A stretch of DNA of 64,000 bases, taken from an uncultured Solirubrobacterales bacterium (GTDB lineage: Bacteria > Actinomycetota > Thermoleophilia > Solirubrobacterales > Solirubrobacteraceae). How positions within the stretch are numbered: position 1 is the stretch's first letter; each line of letters begins with the position of its first letter. The stretch is from assembly GCA_963705775.1 (NCBI GenBank), contig CAVPKT010000045.1, positions 4,506 to 68,505 on the forward strand, given 5' to 3'. Below, piece after piece: positions 10,502 to 22,365 of the stretch. The translations under genes and the position numbers were made by a program. A model generated the notes under the pieces. It had not been told where the DNA came from. It worked only from the letters and a program-made list of their open reading frames with translations, and did not search any database.

Positions 10502-12096
10502 CCGAGCCGCCCACGACCATCGGTGTAGCGGGCGCCGGCACGATGGGCGCCGGCATCGCCCAGCTCGCCTGCCAGGCCGGGCGCACGACGCTGCTCCACG
10601 ACCCGATGCCGGAGGCGCTCGAGCAGCGGCATCGAAGCGGATCCGAAGCCCAGCTCGAACGCGGCGTCGAGCGCGGCAGGCTGAGCACCGAGCAGGCCGA
10701 GCGCGCCGCGCGAGCGCCCTCGAGCCGTGCCGAAAGGCTCGAAGACCTCGCCCCCTGCGAGCTCGTGATCGAGGCGGCGCCCGAGTCGCTCGAGCTCAAG
10801 CGCTCGCTGTTCGGCAAGCTCGCCGACGGCGTCGTGTCCGACCGATTGCGTGCTCGCGACCAACACCTCGTCGTTGCTCGTCACCGCAGTCGCAGCTGGG
10901 CTCAAGCGGCCTGAACGAGTGGTCGGGATGCACTTCTTCAACCCGCCGCCGGTGATGCGATTGCTCGAGGTGGTCGCCGGCGAGGAGTCCGCCGAGGCGG
11001 CGCTTGCGCGTCGCCCGCGCCGCCGGTGAGGCGATGGGCAAGCACGTGATCGACGCGACTGACGGCCCCGGCTTTCTGGTCAATCGTTGCAACAGGCCGT
11101 TCGGGCTCGAGGCGCTCAAGCTGCTCCAGGAAGAGATCGCGCCGCTCGAGGAGATCGACCGCATCTGCCGGCTCGGCGGCGGCTTCCGGATGGGCCCGTT
11201 CGAGCTGATGGACCTGGTGGGGTCGACACCGGCTTCGACGTCTCGCGCTCGTTCTACGAGCAGAGCTTCGGCGAGCCGCGCTGGCGGCCGTCGCCGATCA
11301 CCGCGCGCTACGTCGCCGCCGGGCGTCACGGTCGCAAGTCGGGCCGCGGCTACTACGACTACGCGCACGACACCTACCGTGCCCCCGATCCGGACCCGCC
11401 CGCATCCGGGAGGGGGCGACGGGCTCGTGGTGATCGCGGGCGGCGGCGCGCTGGCCGTGCAGCTCGCTCGGGCCGCGATCGAGGCGGGATGGGACGTGCT
11501 CGAGCGTGCCGGGCGAATCGGAGCGAGGTCCCGTTTTTGGTGGTCGACTGCACGCTCGGCGAGGAACCGGTGGCTCCGCTTCAGGGCGGCCCGCAGGCGA
11601 TCTGCTGTGCGGCGGGCTCGCTGGCGGCGCTCGACCCGGGCGGCGGCGCGGTCGGATTTCATGCGATGCCGCCGTTCGGGGAGAGCAGGACTCGTGGAGC
11701 TGACCCGGGGACCCGACACGCGCGGACTCCGCGATCGCGCGGCCGAGCGCTTCTTCGCGCTCGCTGGGCAAGCACACCGCCTGGGTCGGAGACGCGCCGG
11801 GGCTCGTGCTCGGCCGGATCGTCTGCCAGGTGATCAACGAGGCGTCGTTCGCGGTCGCCGAAGGCATCGGCAGCGCCCAAGACATCGACGCGGGCATGCT
11901 CCACGGCCTCAACTACCCGCGCGGAGTCCTCGGCTGGGCCGACCAGATCGGCCTGGACCACGTTCTGGTCGTGGTCGACGCGCTGTACGACGAGCGCCGC
12001 GAGGAGCGCTACCGCGCAGCGCCGCTGCTGCGCCAGCAGGTCTGGTCAGGCCGGCTCGGCGCGCAGACCGGCGAGGGGTTCTTCGGCTACTCCTGA
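10498..12096 (+). CDS. 3-hydroxyacyl-CoA dehydrogenase (PaaH-like, duplicated C-terminal domain; frameshifted)
   Basis: GVAGAGTMGAGIA, VIEAAPE, GMHFFNP, PGFLVNR, GFRMGPFELMD, and a second 3HCDH domain (INEA..GLNYPRG). Confidence 0.9.
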
Positions 12097-12151
12097 TCCG
12101 CACCAGCGGGCACGGTAGCCCACGAAACCCGGCATGATGCGGACCTGCGCC

Positions 12152-13190
12152 ATGAGAGCCGTCACGTTTCAAGCCCCCGGTGAGGTTCGGGTCGAGGACC
12201 GCCCCGAGCCCGGAGCTTCAGGCCCGCGACGACGCGATCGTCGAGATTGAGGCGAGCGGGATCTGCGGCTCCGACCTACACATCTACCACGGCCGCGTCC
12301 AAGATCGAGCCGGGCTTTACGATCGGACACGAGTTCGTGGGCAGAGTCCTCGAAGCAGGTGACGACGTCACGTCGGGTGGCGAAGGGTGATCGCGTGCTC
12401 GGGTGCTTCCAAAGCGCCTGCGGCACGTGCTTCTTCTGTCTGCGCGGCGCCTTTCATAAGTGCGACGAGATGCGGGTCTTCGGTCACGGCAAGGTGCTCG
12501 GCTCGCTCCAGGGCACGCAGGCCGAACAGGCGCTCGTCCCACGCGCCAACCTGACGCTGCGCAAGGTCCCCGACGGGCGTCTCGGACGACGTCGCTCTGT
12601 TCGCAGGCGACGTGATGGGAACCGGCTACCACGCGGTATCGCAGGCGGACGTGAGGCCCGGCGACTCGGTCGCCGTGCTCGGCCTCGGCCCGTCGGCCTA
12701 TGCGCGGTGCAGGTCGCGCGTGCGCGCCGGAGCGGGGCCGGTCGTGGCCGTCGACACCGTGGCCCAACGGCTCGAGCTCGCCGAGAGCTTCGGCGCGGTC
12801 CCCGTCCATCTGACCGAGCAGAGCCCGCGCGACGAAGTCAAGCGGCTCACCGAGGGACGCGGCGTGGACGCGGCGATCGACGCCGTCGGGCATCCGGACG
12901 CGCTCGACCTGGCGATCCGGCTCGCGCGCAAGGCGGGCACGGTCTCGGCGATCGGCGTCTACGCCGAGCCGTGCCAGGTGCACATGGGCCTCGTGTGGAT
13001 CAAGGCGCTCACGATCAGAAGCGGCCACGCCAACGTGATCGGGCACGTCGACCGCGTGCTCGGGATGCTCGCCTCGGAGACACTAGACCCCTCGCCGCTC
13101 GTCACTCACCATCTGCCGCTCGATGACGCGCCGGATGCGTACGCGCTTTACGATCGGCACGAGGCGATGAAGATCGTTCTGGCACCATGA
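12152..13190 (+). CDS. Zinc-dependent alcohol dehydrogenase (MDR family; frameshifted)
   Basis: GICGSDLH, GHEFVG, structural zinc motif CGTCFFC..C, GLGP. Confidence 0.9.
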
Positions 13191-14677
13191 CGGCGACCGC
13201 GCTCCCCGAGCAACTGTCTGACGCTGCCCGCGATTTCGCGGCCGGCGAGCAGCAGCTCCTGATCGCAGGGGAGCGTCACGCCGCCGCCGACGGGCGTACG
13301 TTCGAGACCATCGATCCGGCGACGGGGAGGCCGATCACGACGGTCGCGCAAGCGGGTGCGGAGGACGTCGACCGCGCCGTCAAGGCGGCCCGCCAAGCGT
13401 TCGACCAGTGGTCGCAGACCACGGGCGCCGAGCGCGCTCGCCTGATCAACCGGCTCGCGGACGCGATCGAGCAGCATGCCGACGAGCTCGCAGAGCTCGA
13501 AGCCCTCGACAACGGCAAGCCCGTCAAGCTCGCCAAGCTCGTGGACGTCGCCTCGGCCGCGGCCTACTTCCGCCATTTCGCGGGCTGGCCGGAGCGGATC
13601 ACCGGCGATGTTGTGCCCGTCCACCAGCCCGGAATGCTCTGTTACACGCGCAAGGAGCCCGTCGGCGTCTGCGGCCAGATCATCCCCTGGAACTTCCCGC
13701 TGCTGATGGCCGCCTGGAAGCTCGCGCCGGCGCTCGCCGCCGGCTGCGCGACGGTGCTGAAACCCGCCGAGCAAACGCCGCTGACGGCGCTTCGCCTCGG
13801 CGAGCTCGCCCTCGACGTCGGTATCCCGGCCGGCGTGATCAACGTCGTAACCGGCGACGGCGAGAGCGGCGCCGCGCTCGTCGACCACGCCGGCATCGAC
13901 AAGGTCGCGTTCACCGGCTCGACCGAGGTCGGTAGAGAGATCGGCGCCAAGGCCGGCCGGGCGCTCAAGCGGGTGACCCTCGAGCTCGGCGGCAAATCTC
14001 CCAACATCATCCTGCCCGACGCGGACATCGACGCCGGCGATCAAGGGCTCCTTCCAGGCGATCTACTTCAACACCGGCCAGGCGTGCAACGCCGGCAGCC
14101 GGCTGTTCGTCCACCGCGACCAGTTCGACGAGGTCGTCGGCGCGCTCTCCGAGCGCGCGGCCAAGCACGCAACTGGGACCGGGGCTCGATCCGTCGACTC
14201 AACTCGGCCGGTCGTCTCGGCCGAGCAGCGCGAGCGCGTGCTCTCCTACATCGAGTCCGGGACGGGAACAGGGCGCGGAGCTCGTCGCGGGCGGGAGTGC
14301 GACCGGCGACGGCGGCTACTTCGTCGAGCCGACGCTGTTCACCGCCACCGACGACGATCTCAAGATCGCGCGCGAGGAGATCTTCGGGCCGGTGCTCGTC
14401 GCGCTTCCCTACGAGTCGCTCGAAGAGGTCGCGGCGCGCGCCAACGACAGCGACTACGGGCTCGCCGCGGGCGTGTGGACCCGCGACGTCGTCCAACGCT
14501 CACCGCCTCGCCGCGCTGCTCAAGGCCGGTTCGGTGTACATCAACTGCTGGGGCGAGGTCGACGCCGGCGTGCCGTTCGGCGGCTACAAGGCGTCGGGCA
14601 TCGGGCGGGAGCACGGCCGCGAGGGGCTCGAGGCGTATCTCGAGACCAAGGCCGTCTGGACCAAGCTGGTCTCCTAG
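13187..14677 (+). CDS. Aldehyde dehydrogenase (internal compensating frameshifts)
   Basis: IIPWNFP, LKPAEQTP, FTGSTEVG, LELGGKSP, FNTGQAC (shifted frame), EEIFGPV, PFGGYKASGIGRE. Confidence 0.93.
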   Translation: MTATALPEQLSDAARDFAAGEQQLLIAGERHAAADGRTFETIDPATGRPITTVAQAGAEDVDRAVKAARQAFDQWSQTTGAERARLINRLADAIEQHADELAELEALDNGKPVKLAKLVDVASAAAYFRHFAGWPERITGDVVPVHQPGMLCYTRKEPVGVCGQIIPWNFPLLMAAWKLAPALAAGCATVLKPAEQTPLTALRLGELALDVGIPAGVINVVTGDGESGAALVDHAGIDKVAFTGSTEVGREIGAKAGRALKRVTLELGGKSPNIILPDADIDAGDQGLLPGDLLQHRPGVQRRQPAVRPPRPVRRGRRRALRARGQARNWDRGSIRRLNSAGRLGRAARARALLHRVRDGNRARSSSRAGVRPATAATSSSRRCSPPPTTISRSRARRSSGRCSSRFPTSRSKRSRRAPTTATTGSPRACGPATSSNAHRLAALLKAGSVYINCWGEVDAGVPFGGYKASGIGREHGREGLEAYLETKAVWTKLVS

Positions 14678-14876
14678 CGGCCCTTTCGTCGGCGCGCCGG
14701 GTAGGTTTCCTGCCGCCGCGGCGCCAAAAAACTACGCAATTTGCGAACGAAGACGCGCTGTGCTCCCATCACCCGATGAGTCTATGTAGGATGCCGCGCT
14801 CCGGTAACCCAGACGGATGTCGTAGCTGAGCGCCAAGCGCTCACGCCGGCACGGGACCGAGTCCGATCAACCGATC

Positions 14877-15547
14877 GTGCTCGACGCGCAAACAGCCCCA
14901 TTGCGCAATTTGTCGCGCGCGCACGCGCCACCGCAGCCCTTGCGATGGTGATGTTCGGCGTGCTCGCGCCCGGGTCCTGGCGGCGGCGATCCCGGCCGGC
15001 GCCAGCTCGCGGCGCCAGCAAGCGCCACGTCACAACCACGCCCGCCGCCACGGCTCCGACGCGCAACGCTGCGCCAACGCTGATACGCCCGCCTACCGTG
15101 GCAGCAACGCCGCCCTGCGAGCCGCAGTCGTGTGCCTGGTCAACAAGGAGCGCGCGGCACACGGGCTTCCCGCATTGCGCGCGTCAGGCCGGCTCGATCG
15201 CTCGGCCCAGACGTGGACGAACGCGATGGTCGCTTCCGATCAGTTCGACCATGGGAATCCGCGGCGCACGCGTTAGCGCCGTTGGCTTCCGCTGGTCGAC
15301 CGTCGGCGAGAACATCGCAACGGGCTTCGCCACGCCCAGACGGGTCGTGGCCGCGTGGATGGCGAGCCAGGGCCACTGCCAGAACATCCTCGATCCGATT
15401 TACACGAACGTCGGCACGGGCGTGAACAGGGGCCGAGTCAGCGGCTTCGCAAGCCGTCCTGGAACCTGGACCCAGGACTTCGGCCTAGCGATGGGACGCC
15501 GCGCGCCATCGCACAACTGGGGCCCCTCGAACGCCTGCCCGTACTAG
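14877..15547 (+). CDS. Secreted CAP/SCP-domain protein (frameshifted, start uncertain)
   Basis: CLVNKER, GENIATG, WMASQGHCQNIL, WTQDFG. Confidence 0.8.
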
Positions 15548-15571
15548 CGGCCCGCGCGGCGCCGCGCGCTT

Positions 15572-16552
15572 TTACGCGCCGACTGCGGCCGAGGGCTCCT
15601 CGGCGGCCAAGGGGGCGGCATCGCGCAGGTACCACTCGGCGTCGAGCGCGGCCTGGCAGCCCGTACCGGCGGCGGTGATCGCCTGGCGGTAGGCGTGGTC
15701 GACGAGGTCGCCAGCGGCGAACACACCCGGCAGGTTGGTCTGCGTCGAGCGGCCCTTGGTGACGACGTACCCCCCGGCATCAGTATCCACCTGGCCCTGC
15801 ACCAGCTGCGACTGCGGTTCATGCCCGATTGCTATGAACGCGCCGGAGATCTCGAGCTCGAGCTCCGATGAATCCTCTGCGTTGCGCAGCCGCGCGATCC
15901 CGAGCGCGCCGTCGTCCCGACGAGCGAACTCCTTGACGACGTATGGGGTCAGCCATTCGATGTTGGGGATCGCCCGCGCGCGCTCGAGCATGATCTTCGA
16001 GGCGCGGAACTCGTGCCGGCGGTTGACGATCACGACCTTCGAGGCGAACTTCGACAGGAACATCGCCTCCTCCATGGCGGAGTCACCACCGCCGACGATG
16101 ATCGTCGGCTTCTCCCGGAAGAAGGCGGCATCACATGTGGCGCAGTAACTGACACCCCGGCCGCCCAACTCCACCTCGCCGGGAACATCGAGCTTCCGGT
16201 GCTGGGCTCCCATCGCGAGGACCACAGTGCGCGCAAGGTGAAGCTGGTCGCCGGTCCACACCTTGTGCGGGCCGCCGTCCGCGGACAATTCCACCTTGGT
16301 CGCATCGTCGGTTTCGAGCCGCGCGCCGAACCGCTCCGCTTGGTCGCGGAAGCGCTGCATCAGCTCCGGGCCCATGATTCCGTCCGGAAAGCCGGAGTAG
16401 TTCTCGACGTCGGTCGTCTGCTGGAGCAGGCCACCCCACGCAAATCCTTCGACCACGAGTGGCTCGAGGTTGGCGCGCGCCGTGTACAGCGCAGCGGTGT
16501 AGCCCGCGGGCCCACCTCCGATGATGATGACGTTCTCGATTCGATCCTCCAT
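15572..16552 (-). CDS. trxB: Thioredoxin-disulfide reductase
   Basis: IIGGGPAGYTAA, GVSYCATCD redox motif, GGGDSAMEEA, YRQAITAAGTGC. Confidence 0.96.
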   Translation of the reverse strand: MEDRIENVIIIGGGPAGYTAALYTARANLEPLVVEGFAWGGLLQQTTDVENYSGFPDGIMGPELMQRFRDQAERFGARLETDDATKVELSADGGPHKVWTGDQLHLARTVVLAMGAQHRKLDVPGEVELGGRGVSYCATCDAAFFREKPTIIVGGGDSAMEEAMFLSKFASKVVIVNRRHEFRASKIMLERARAIPNIEWLTPYVVKEFARRDDGALGIARLRNAEDSSELELEISGAFIAIGHEPQSQLVQGQVDTDAGGYVVTKGRSTQTNLPGVFAAGDLVDHAYRQAITAAGTGCQAALDAEWYLRDAAPLAAEEPSAAVGA

Positions 16553-16559
16553 TACTTCA

Positions 16560-17718
16560 CTAAGTATAGCTTGGCGCCCTCGCCGCGCGCCAGCGCTGGA
16601 CCGTCCGCCGCAGCTGCAAATAGGCGATGCCGCCCGGCAGCGTCGGCAGCCAGAACGCGAACACACGGTACGCGAGCACGGCGACGACTGCGACCTGAAC
16701 GTTTACGCCGAAGGCGCTGAATGCGCCGATCATGCCGCCGTCGACTCCCCCGATGCCGCCCGGCAGCGGCAGCGTGTTGCCGAGCATCCCAACGAAGTAC
16801 GACATCACGATCACGCCCTTCGGCGGCGATGCGCCGAACGCGTGGAAGCACGCCCACAGCACGGCGATGTCGAATCCCCACCAGGCGACCGCCCCGAGCA
16901 GCCACGGGTCCTTGGAGCGCACCAGGTCGATCGCGGTCCGAACCCCTGTCGCCGCCGTCGCCGGGGCGGCGGCGATCTTGGCGGCCACCCGCGAGATCCG
17001 GCCGCCGCCACCCGTCCACCGCTTAACCAGCCGGTCGAAGTCCCCGGGAAGCAGCGAGACCCCGAGGAAGATCGCGATCACCACGGCGCCGAAGATCGCG
17101 GGCACCACAGTGATCGCAAACGGGTGCCTTCCCGGGGATGATGCCCAGGTACAGCCCGAGGCCGTCGATCACCAGCGTCGCCATGTAACCCCGTACAGGA
17201 GCACGGTGAAGGCGATCAGCCGGCAGGCGCCGACCCGCGGCTCGAACCCAGCCCGCCGGAGCGCCCAGGCGGTCAGTGCGATCCCGCCCGCCCCCGCTGA
17301 GGCGAACAGCCGTGTCGCCGCCAGCCCGGCCATCGTGATCTCGTAGCTGGCCCGCCAGTCGATCCGCGAGCTCGTTGCCGCGCGGCGAACACGCCCCGAA
17401 ACAGCGGCGATGTAGCCCGCAGAACGAGCACACCTCGAGCGCGGCTCCGAGCGCCAGCCACCACCCATTGCCGTGCTGGATCCGGTTCCAGGTATGGCGC
17501 AGGCCGAGGACCTTCGGCAGCACGAAGTACAGGAAAACAACGATCGAGACGACGAAGATCACCGAGGCCAGGATCCGCCGGCGGGTGAACACCACCCGCG
17601 GCATCTCCTCGGTTACCGGCGCCAACCGGCCCGTCTCCGCCCCGTCGCGTGCCGGGGGCCCGATCAGGGGCAATCCGGCTGGGGGGCCCTGCTCGCTGCG
17701 CGTGATCCCCGGCCACAA
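16560..17718 (-). CDS. Lysylphosphatidylglycerol synthase TM-domain / flippase-like protein (UPF0104; frameshifted)
   Basis: Multi-TM protein with SAGAGG, PLPGGIGGVDGGM and AVLAYR motifs. Confidence 0.8.
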
Positions 17719-17721
17719 CCG

Positions 17722-18701
17722 TTACCCGACGCTCGCCCGGGCCTCCAGCGCTTGCAACACCGAGGAGACCCGACCGGCGAGCGGAGCGAGGCGCGGGGCG
17801 CGCCGCCCGGACGGTCTCGGTCAAAGCCGCCCCCGCGATCAGATCGACCGCGTAATGCTCGCCCAGGTACACGAGCGCCAGCCCCAGCGTCGACGCGTAT
17901 GTCCAGCCGAAGGCACCGGCGACCGGGCCGACCTCCGACAGCAGGTGGGCGCCCATCAGTGACGTAGCGAAGTGAAGCGATGGCATAGCAGCAAGCGGGT
18001 TTCCTCCCAGCACATCGTAAAGACCAGCCCAGCGGCTACCCCAGAACTGCTCCCCGTACTCGTTCATCATCCGCCGCATCCGGATCGGGCTGCCGTCCTC
18101 GAATCTGCCGTGGGCGCGGCCCACCACGGCGGCGCGGTCGGGATCGCCCAGTAGAACAGCGCGCCCACGTCGAATACCCGTACATGCGCGCCGCCGCCGA
18201 CGGGAACCGCTCGGGGCGCGCGATCAGCACATAGGCGAGGCTGCCGTGCGGGACCATGAACCACACCCAGTGGCACCAGACGAGCACGCGTTCGAAGCGA
18301 TTGACGTGCCCGGCTTGGCGAACGCGCGCTGGAGGCGGAGCGTCGGCGGCGAGCCCGAGTCCGAGGACGCGGTCGATCGCGATCGGGTAATCGACTCGAC
18401 CCGGGCCGCCAGCGCCTCGGGATTGTCGTGGGGCATCTCATACGCGGCGATGTACGCCCACATATTGAGGGCGCAGACCGCCACGTCACGGCCGCGATTG
18501 CGCGGCATCGCAACGCACAGGGCGACCGGCGCAAGGGCCGCGCTGCCGAGCACCGCGGCCGGCGGAAGCTTGATCCGCCGCCGCAGCGACGGGCGCGCGA
18601 CGCCGGCCGCGACGAGGGCCCAGGCGGTCGCTCTGATCCCCCTCGAAGCGCGCAAGCGCGGCCAGTATATGGGCGGCGCGGCCACGGCTCGCGGTGCCCA
18701 C
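17722..18701 (-). CDS. PAP2 superfamily (PAP2_3/AUR1-like) membrane phosphotransferase (frameshifted, start uncertain)
   Basis: PTAPPWW, NPLAAMPSLHFA and VYLGEHYAVD motifs. Confidence 0.8.
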
Positions 18702-18739
18702 CGCCGCTTCCGGCTACGGCTGGATAGAATGCCGCCGCT

Positions 18740-19612
18740 TTGCGACCCAGGGCCACACGCCAGCCGCTGCGCTCGTACCGCGTTGTCGGAGCTGGCCCGT
18801 CTCGGCTCGATCATCTGCGCCGGACGCGCTCGCCAACTTCATCACCCCGAAGTCGGCGGCTCGCCGAACGCCAACCAGATCGACTCGCTGTACATGATCG
18901 TCCTCGTACATCGCGGGCGTCGTGTTCGTGATCGTGGAGGGCGCGCTCGTCTACTCGCTGTCAGCTTCCGCGCCAAGAAGGGCGCCGTGGCGGCCCAGAT
19001 CCACGGCAACACGCGCCTGGAGGTCGGCTGGACGATCGCGCGCGGCGCTGATCCTCGTGGTGCTGACCGTGGTCACGTTCATCAAGCTCGCCGATCATCG
19101 TCAACCCGCCGAACTCGAACCGGCGGCTGGTCCTGTCCGCCTCGACCACCGAACCGACGCCGCCCGAACGGCAAGCGGGTCACGATCTGCGTGCAGGGAC
19201 GCCAGTACATCTGGCGCTACACCTACGGCGCCGGCTGCAACGCCAACTACTTCACCGAGCAAGCTGCCGTACTCGTACCAGGAGATGGTACGGCCCGGCG
19301 GGCGCCACCGTCGTGCTCGTGATCCAGTCCAGCGACGTGATCCATTCGTGGTGGGTTCCGTCGCTCGGCGGCAAGGTCGACGCCGTCCCCGGGTACACGA
19401 CATACACCTGGTTCAAGGCCCAGCCGGGCGCCTACCACGGTCAATGCGCGCAACTCTGCGGACGCAACCACGCGGCGATGACCGCGCTCGTCCACGTCGT
19501 CTCGCCGGCCCAATATCAGGCCTGGCTGACCCAGGAACAGCGGGGATCAACCAGGCCAACGACCAGGTGGGCCAGCTCCGTCAACTACCTGACCTCGCAG
19601 GGACAGCTCTAG
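18740..19612 (+). CDS. ctaC: Cytochrome c oxidase subunit II, copy 1 (frameshifted)
   Basis: QIHGNTRLEVGWT, QYIWRYTY, DVIHSWWVP..KVDAVPG, CuA motif CAQLCGRNHAAM. TAGAAT -10 just upstream. Confidence 0.88.
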
Positions 19613-19620
19613 GAGGCCTT

Positions 19621-21323
19621 TTGTCAGCACGACCACCACCCCTCCGCCCCGTCCCAAGATCGTCACCGACGAGGTCGAGAAGCCACGGACCACCAAGAAA
19701 TGGGTCGATTGGATCACCACGACCGACCACAAGAAGATCGGGATCATGTATCTGGTCCTGACGTTCGTGTTCTTCATCCTGGGCGGGGTGGAGGCGCTCC
19801 TGATGCGGCTCCAGCTGGGCGTGCCGGGCAACACCCTGCTGACCGGCGAGAAATACAACGAGCTGATGACGATGCACGGGACGACGATGATCTTCCTGTT
19901 CGTCGTGCCGATCATGGCCGGTTTCGGCAACTACTTCGTGCCGCTGATGATCGGCGCACGGGATATGGCCTTCCCGCGGCTCAACGCGCTCTCGTTCTGG
20001 CTGCTGCTGTTCGGCGGAATCGTGTTCTACTGCACGTTCTTCTTCAGCCCGCCGGAGGCCGGCTGGTGGAGCTACCCGCCGCTGTCGAGCATCCAGTTCT
20101 CACCGAGCGCGGGCCAGGACGCGTGGATCTTCCTGATCCACCTCACCGGCATCTCCTCGCTCATCGGTGCGATCAACTTCTACGCGACGATCGTCAACAT
20201 GCGCGCGCCGGGAATGGGCTGGGGCCGGCTGCCGCTGTTCGTCTGGTCGATCCTGATCTACGCGATCCTGCTGATCATCGCACTGCCGGTCGTCGCCGCC
20301 GCGGTCACGATGCTGCTCACCGACCGCCACTTCGGCACGCACTTCTTCGACCCCACCGCGCACGGCTCGCCGGTGCTCTGGCAGCACCTGTTCTGGTTCT
20401 TCGGCCACCCAGAGGTCTACATCATGGTGCTGCCCGGATTCGGGATCATCTCCGAGGTCATCCCGGTCTTCTCGCGCAAGCCAATGTTCGGCTACAAGGC
20501 GATGGCCGCGTCGATCGTCGTGATCGCATTCCTCTCGACCCTCGTTTGGGCCCACCACATGTTCGCCTCGCCGCTGCCGATCGTGGTCCTCGGCTTCTTC
20601 ATGCTCTCCTCGTTCCTGATCGGCATCCCGACCGGGGTCAAGATCTTCAACTGGATCGCGACCTTATGGCGAGGATCGATCGTCACTACGACCTCGCTCT
20701 ACTTCGCCGCGGGGATGATCGCCGTGTTCACGATCGGCGGCATCACGGGCATCTTCCTCGCCGTGTTCCCGGTCGACTGGCAGCTCAACGACAGCTACTT
20801 CGTGGTCTCCCACTTCCACTACACGATCTTCGGCGGCGCGGTGTTCCCCATCTTCGCCGGGCTCTACTACTGGTTCCCGAAGATGAGCGGCCGGATGCTC
20901 AACGAGCGGGTCGGGAAGCTCTCGTTCTGGCTGATCTTCATCGGCTTCAACCTGACGTTCTTCGTCCAGCACGCCCTCGGTCTCTCGGGAATGCCCCGCC
21001 GGGTCTATACCTACCAGCCCGACCTGGGCTGGTCGACGTACAACCTGATCTCCACGATCGGATCGTTCATCCTCGGCCTCGGCGTCCTGGTCACGATCCT
21101 CAACGTGTGGCGAAGCCTGTACGTCGGCCAGGTCGCGGGCCCCGACCCGTGGAAGGGCAACACGCTCGAGTGGTTCACCACATCTCCACCGCCGCCCAAC
21201 AACTTCGACGTGATCCCCCGGGTGCGCTCGCTCGAACCGATGCGAGACATCCGCCGCCAGATCGAACGCCAGACGGGAGTGCGGCAGAAGACGGGCGGTT
21301 CCGAGCGCTTCGCGCGGGTGTAG
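19621..21323 (+). CDS. ctaD: Cytochrome c oxidase subunit I, copy 1 (A1 type)
   Basis: TTDHKKIG, MHGTTM, DMAFPRLN, WFFGHPEVY, WAHHMF, HFHY, GMPRR. The ORF is intact from 19746; the 5' end is probably frameshifted. Confidence 0.96.
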
Positions 21324-21324
21324 T

Positions 21325-22236
21325 GTGCCCGCGATGAGGGTCTCGACCGTTGGGGCAGCGGCTGCCAGTCCGCTCGCCGGCGCCCGCCAGTTGGCGGCCG
21401 ACTACCTCACGCTGACAAAGCCCAAGGTCCAGTCGCTGCTGCTGTTCACCACGATCACGACGATGGAGGTGGCGGGCAGTCCATCGGCTTCGAAGATCGC
21501 GCTGACGTGCCTCGGCGGATATTTGTCGGCGGGCGGGGCGGGCGCCGTCAACCACTACTGGGATCGCGACATCGACGCCGGCATGCGGAGGACCGCGTCG
21601 CGGCCGGTTCCGGCTGGGCGGATCGCCCCGGCCGCGGCGCTTGGCTTCGGGCTGGCACTCGCGGCGCTCTCGTTCCTCGAGCTGTCGCTGACCGTCAACC
21701 TGCTGGCAGCATCGCTCGCACTGGCGGGATTCGTCGGCTACGTGGGCGTCTACACGATGTACCTGAAGCGCCGAACCCCACAGAACATCGTGATTGGCGG
21801 CGCCGCCGGCGCGATCCCACCGCTTGTCGGCTGGGCCGCGGCCCGCGGCTCGCTTTCGTGGACGGCCGTGTACCTGTTCGCGATCGTGTTCTACTGGACG
21901 CCGCCCCACTTCTGGGCCCTCAGCCTGCTGATGAAGGACGAGTACGAGCGCGTCGGCGTGCCGATGATGCCCGTGGTACGCGGCGAGCACGAGACTCGGC
22001 GCCAGATCGTCCTGTACACGCTGCTGCTTTACGCGATCTCCCAGCTGCCATTCTGCGCCGGGGCCTTCGGCGGGGTCTACCTGGTCGCTTCGATGGTGCT
22101 CGGCCTGGCGTTCATCGGCGGTTCGGTGCTGCTCTATCGACGGGCGGATCGCCGCACGGCACTCCGGCTTTACCTGTTCTCGCTGGTGTACCTCGCCTTG
22201 TTGTTCGGGGCGATGGTGGCCGACGTCAAGCTGTAG
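21325..22236 (+). CDS. ctaB: Heme O synthase (protoheme IX farnesyltransferase)
   Basis: LTKP, NHYWDRDIDAGMRRTASRP, LKRRTPQNIVIGG, WTPPHFWAL. Confidence 0.95.
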   Translation: MPAMRVSTVGAAAASPLAGARQLAADYLTLTKPKVQSLLLFTTITTMEVAGSPSASKIALTCLGGYLSAGGAGAVNHYWDRDIDAGMRRTASRPVPAGRIAPAAALGFGLALAALSFLELSLTVNLLAASLALAGFVGYVGVYTMYLKRRTPQNIVIGGAAGAIPPLVGWAAARGSLSWTAVYLFAIVFYWTPPHFWALSLLMKDEYERVGVPMMPVVRGEHETRRQIVLYTLLLYAISQLPFCAGAFGGVYLVASMVLGLAFIGGSVLLYRRADRRTALRLYLFSLVYLALLFGAMVADVKL

Positions 22237-22251
22237 GATCCGCGGCTCCGG

Positions 22252-22365
22252 ATGGACCGAAAGCTCGCCCGCAAGAACATCCGCTCCGGCCTGATCGCGG
22301 GCGCGATCTGCTTGATCATGTTCGGACTGACGTTCCTGGCCGCGGCGATCTACGTTCACTCGTGA
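22252..22365 (+). CDS. Small single-TM protein (37 aa), not in ORF track
   Basis: MDRKLARKNIRSGLIAGAICLIMFGLTFLAAAIYVHS*: basic N-terminus plus TM helix. The stop overlaps the next GTG start (GTGA). Confidence 0.7.
   Translation: MDRKLARKNIRSGLIAGAICLIMFGLTFLAAAIYVHS

Noticed and set aside
9847-10914. Apparent acyl-CoA dehydrogenase / 3-hydroxyacyl-CoA dehydrogenase fusion in the ORF track
   Set aside because: Removing one C in GCCCTCCACGTGACC gives a stop with a standard GTGA overlap at 10498-10501. The region is indel-rich, so two genes are more likely.
14826-14843. Hairpin TGAGCGC-CAA-GCGCTCA in the CAP gene leader
   Set aside because: A single 7-bp stem with no U-tract or known motif, which is expected by chance at this GC content.
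1177-19612. Programmed frameshifting or a pseudogene cluster
   Set aside because: The indels are numerous, scattered and not tied to slippery-site/stem-loop signals, so sequencing error is the simpler explanation.
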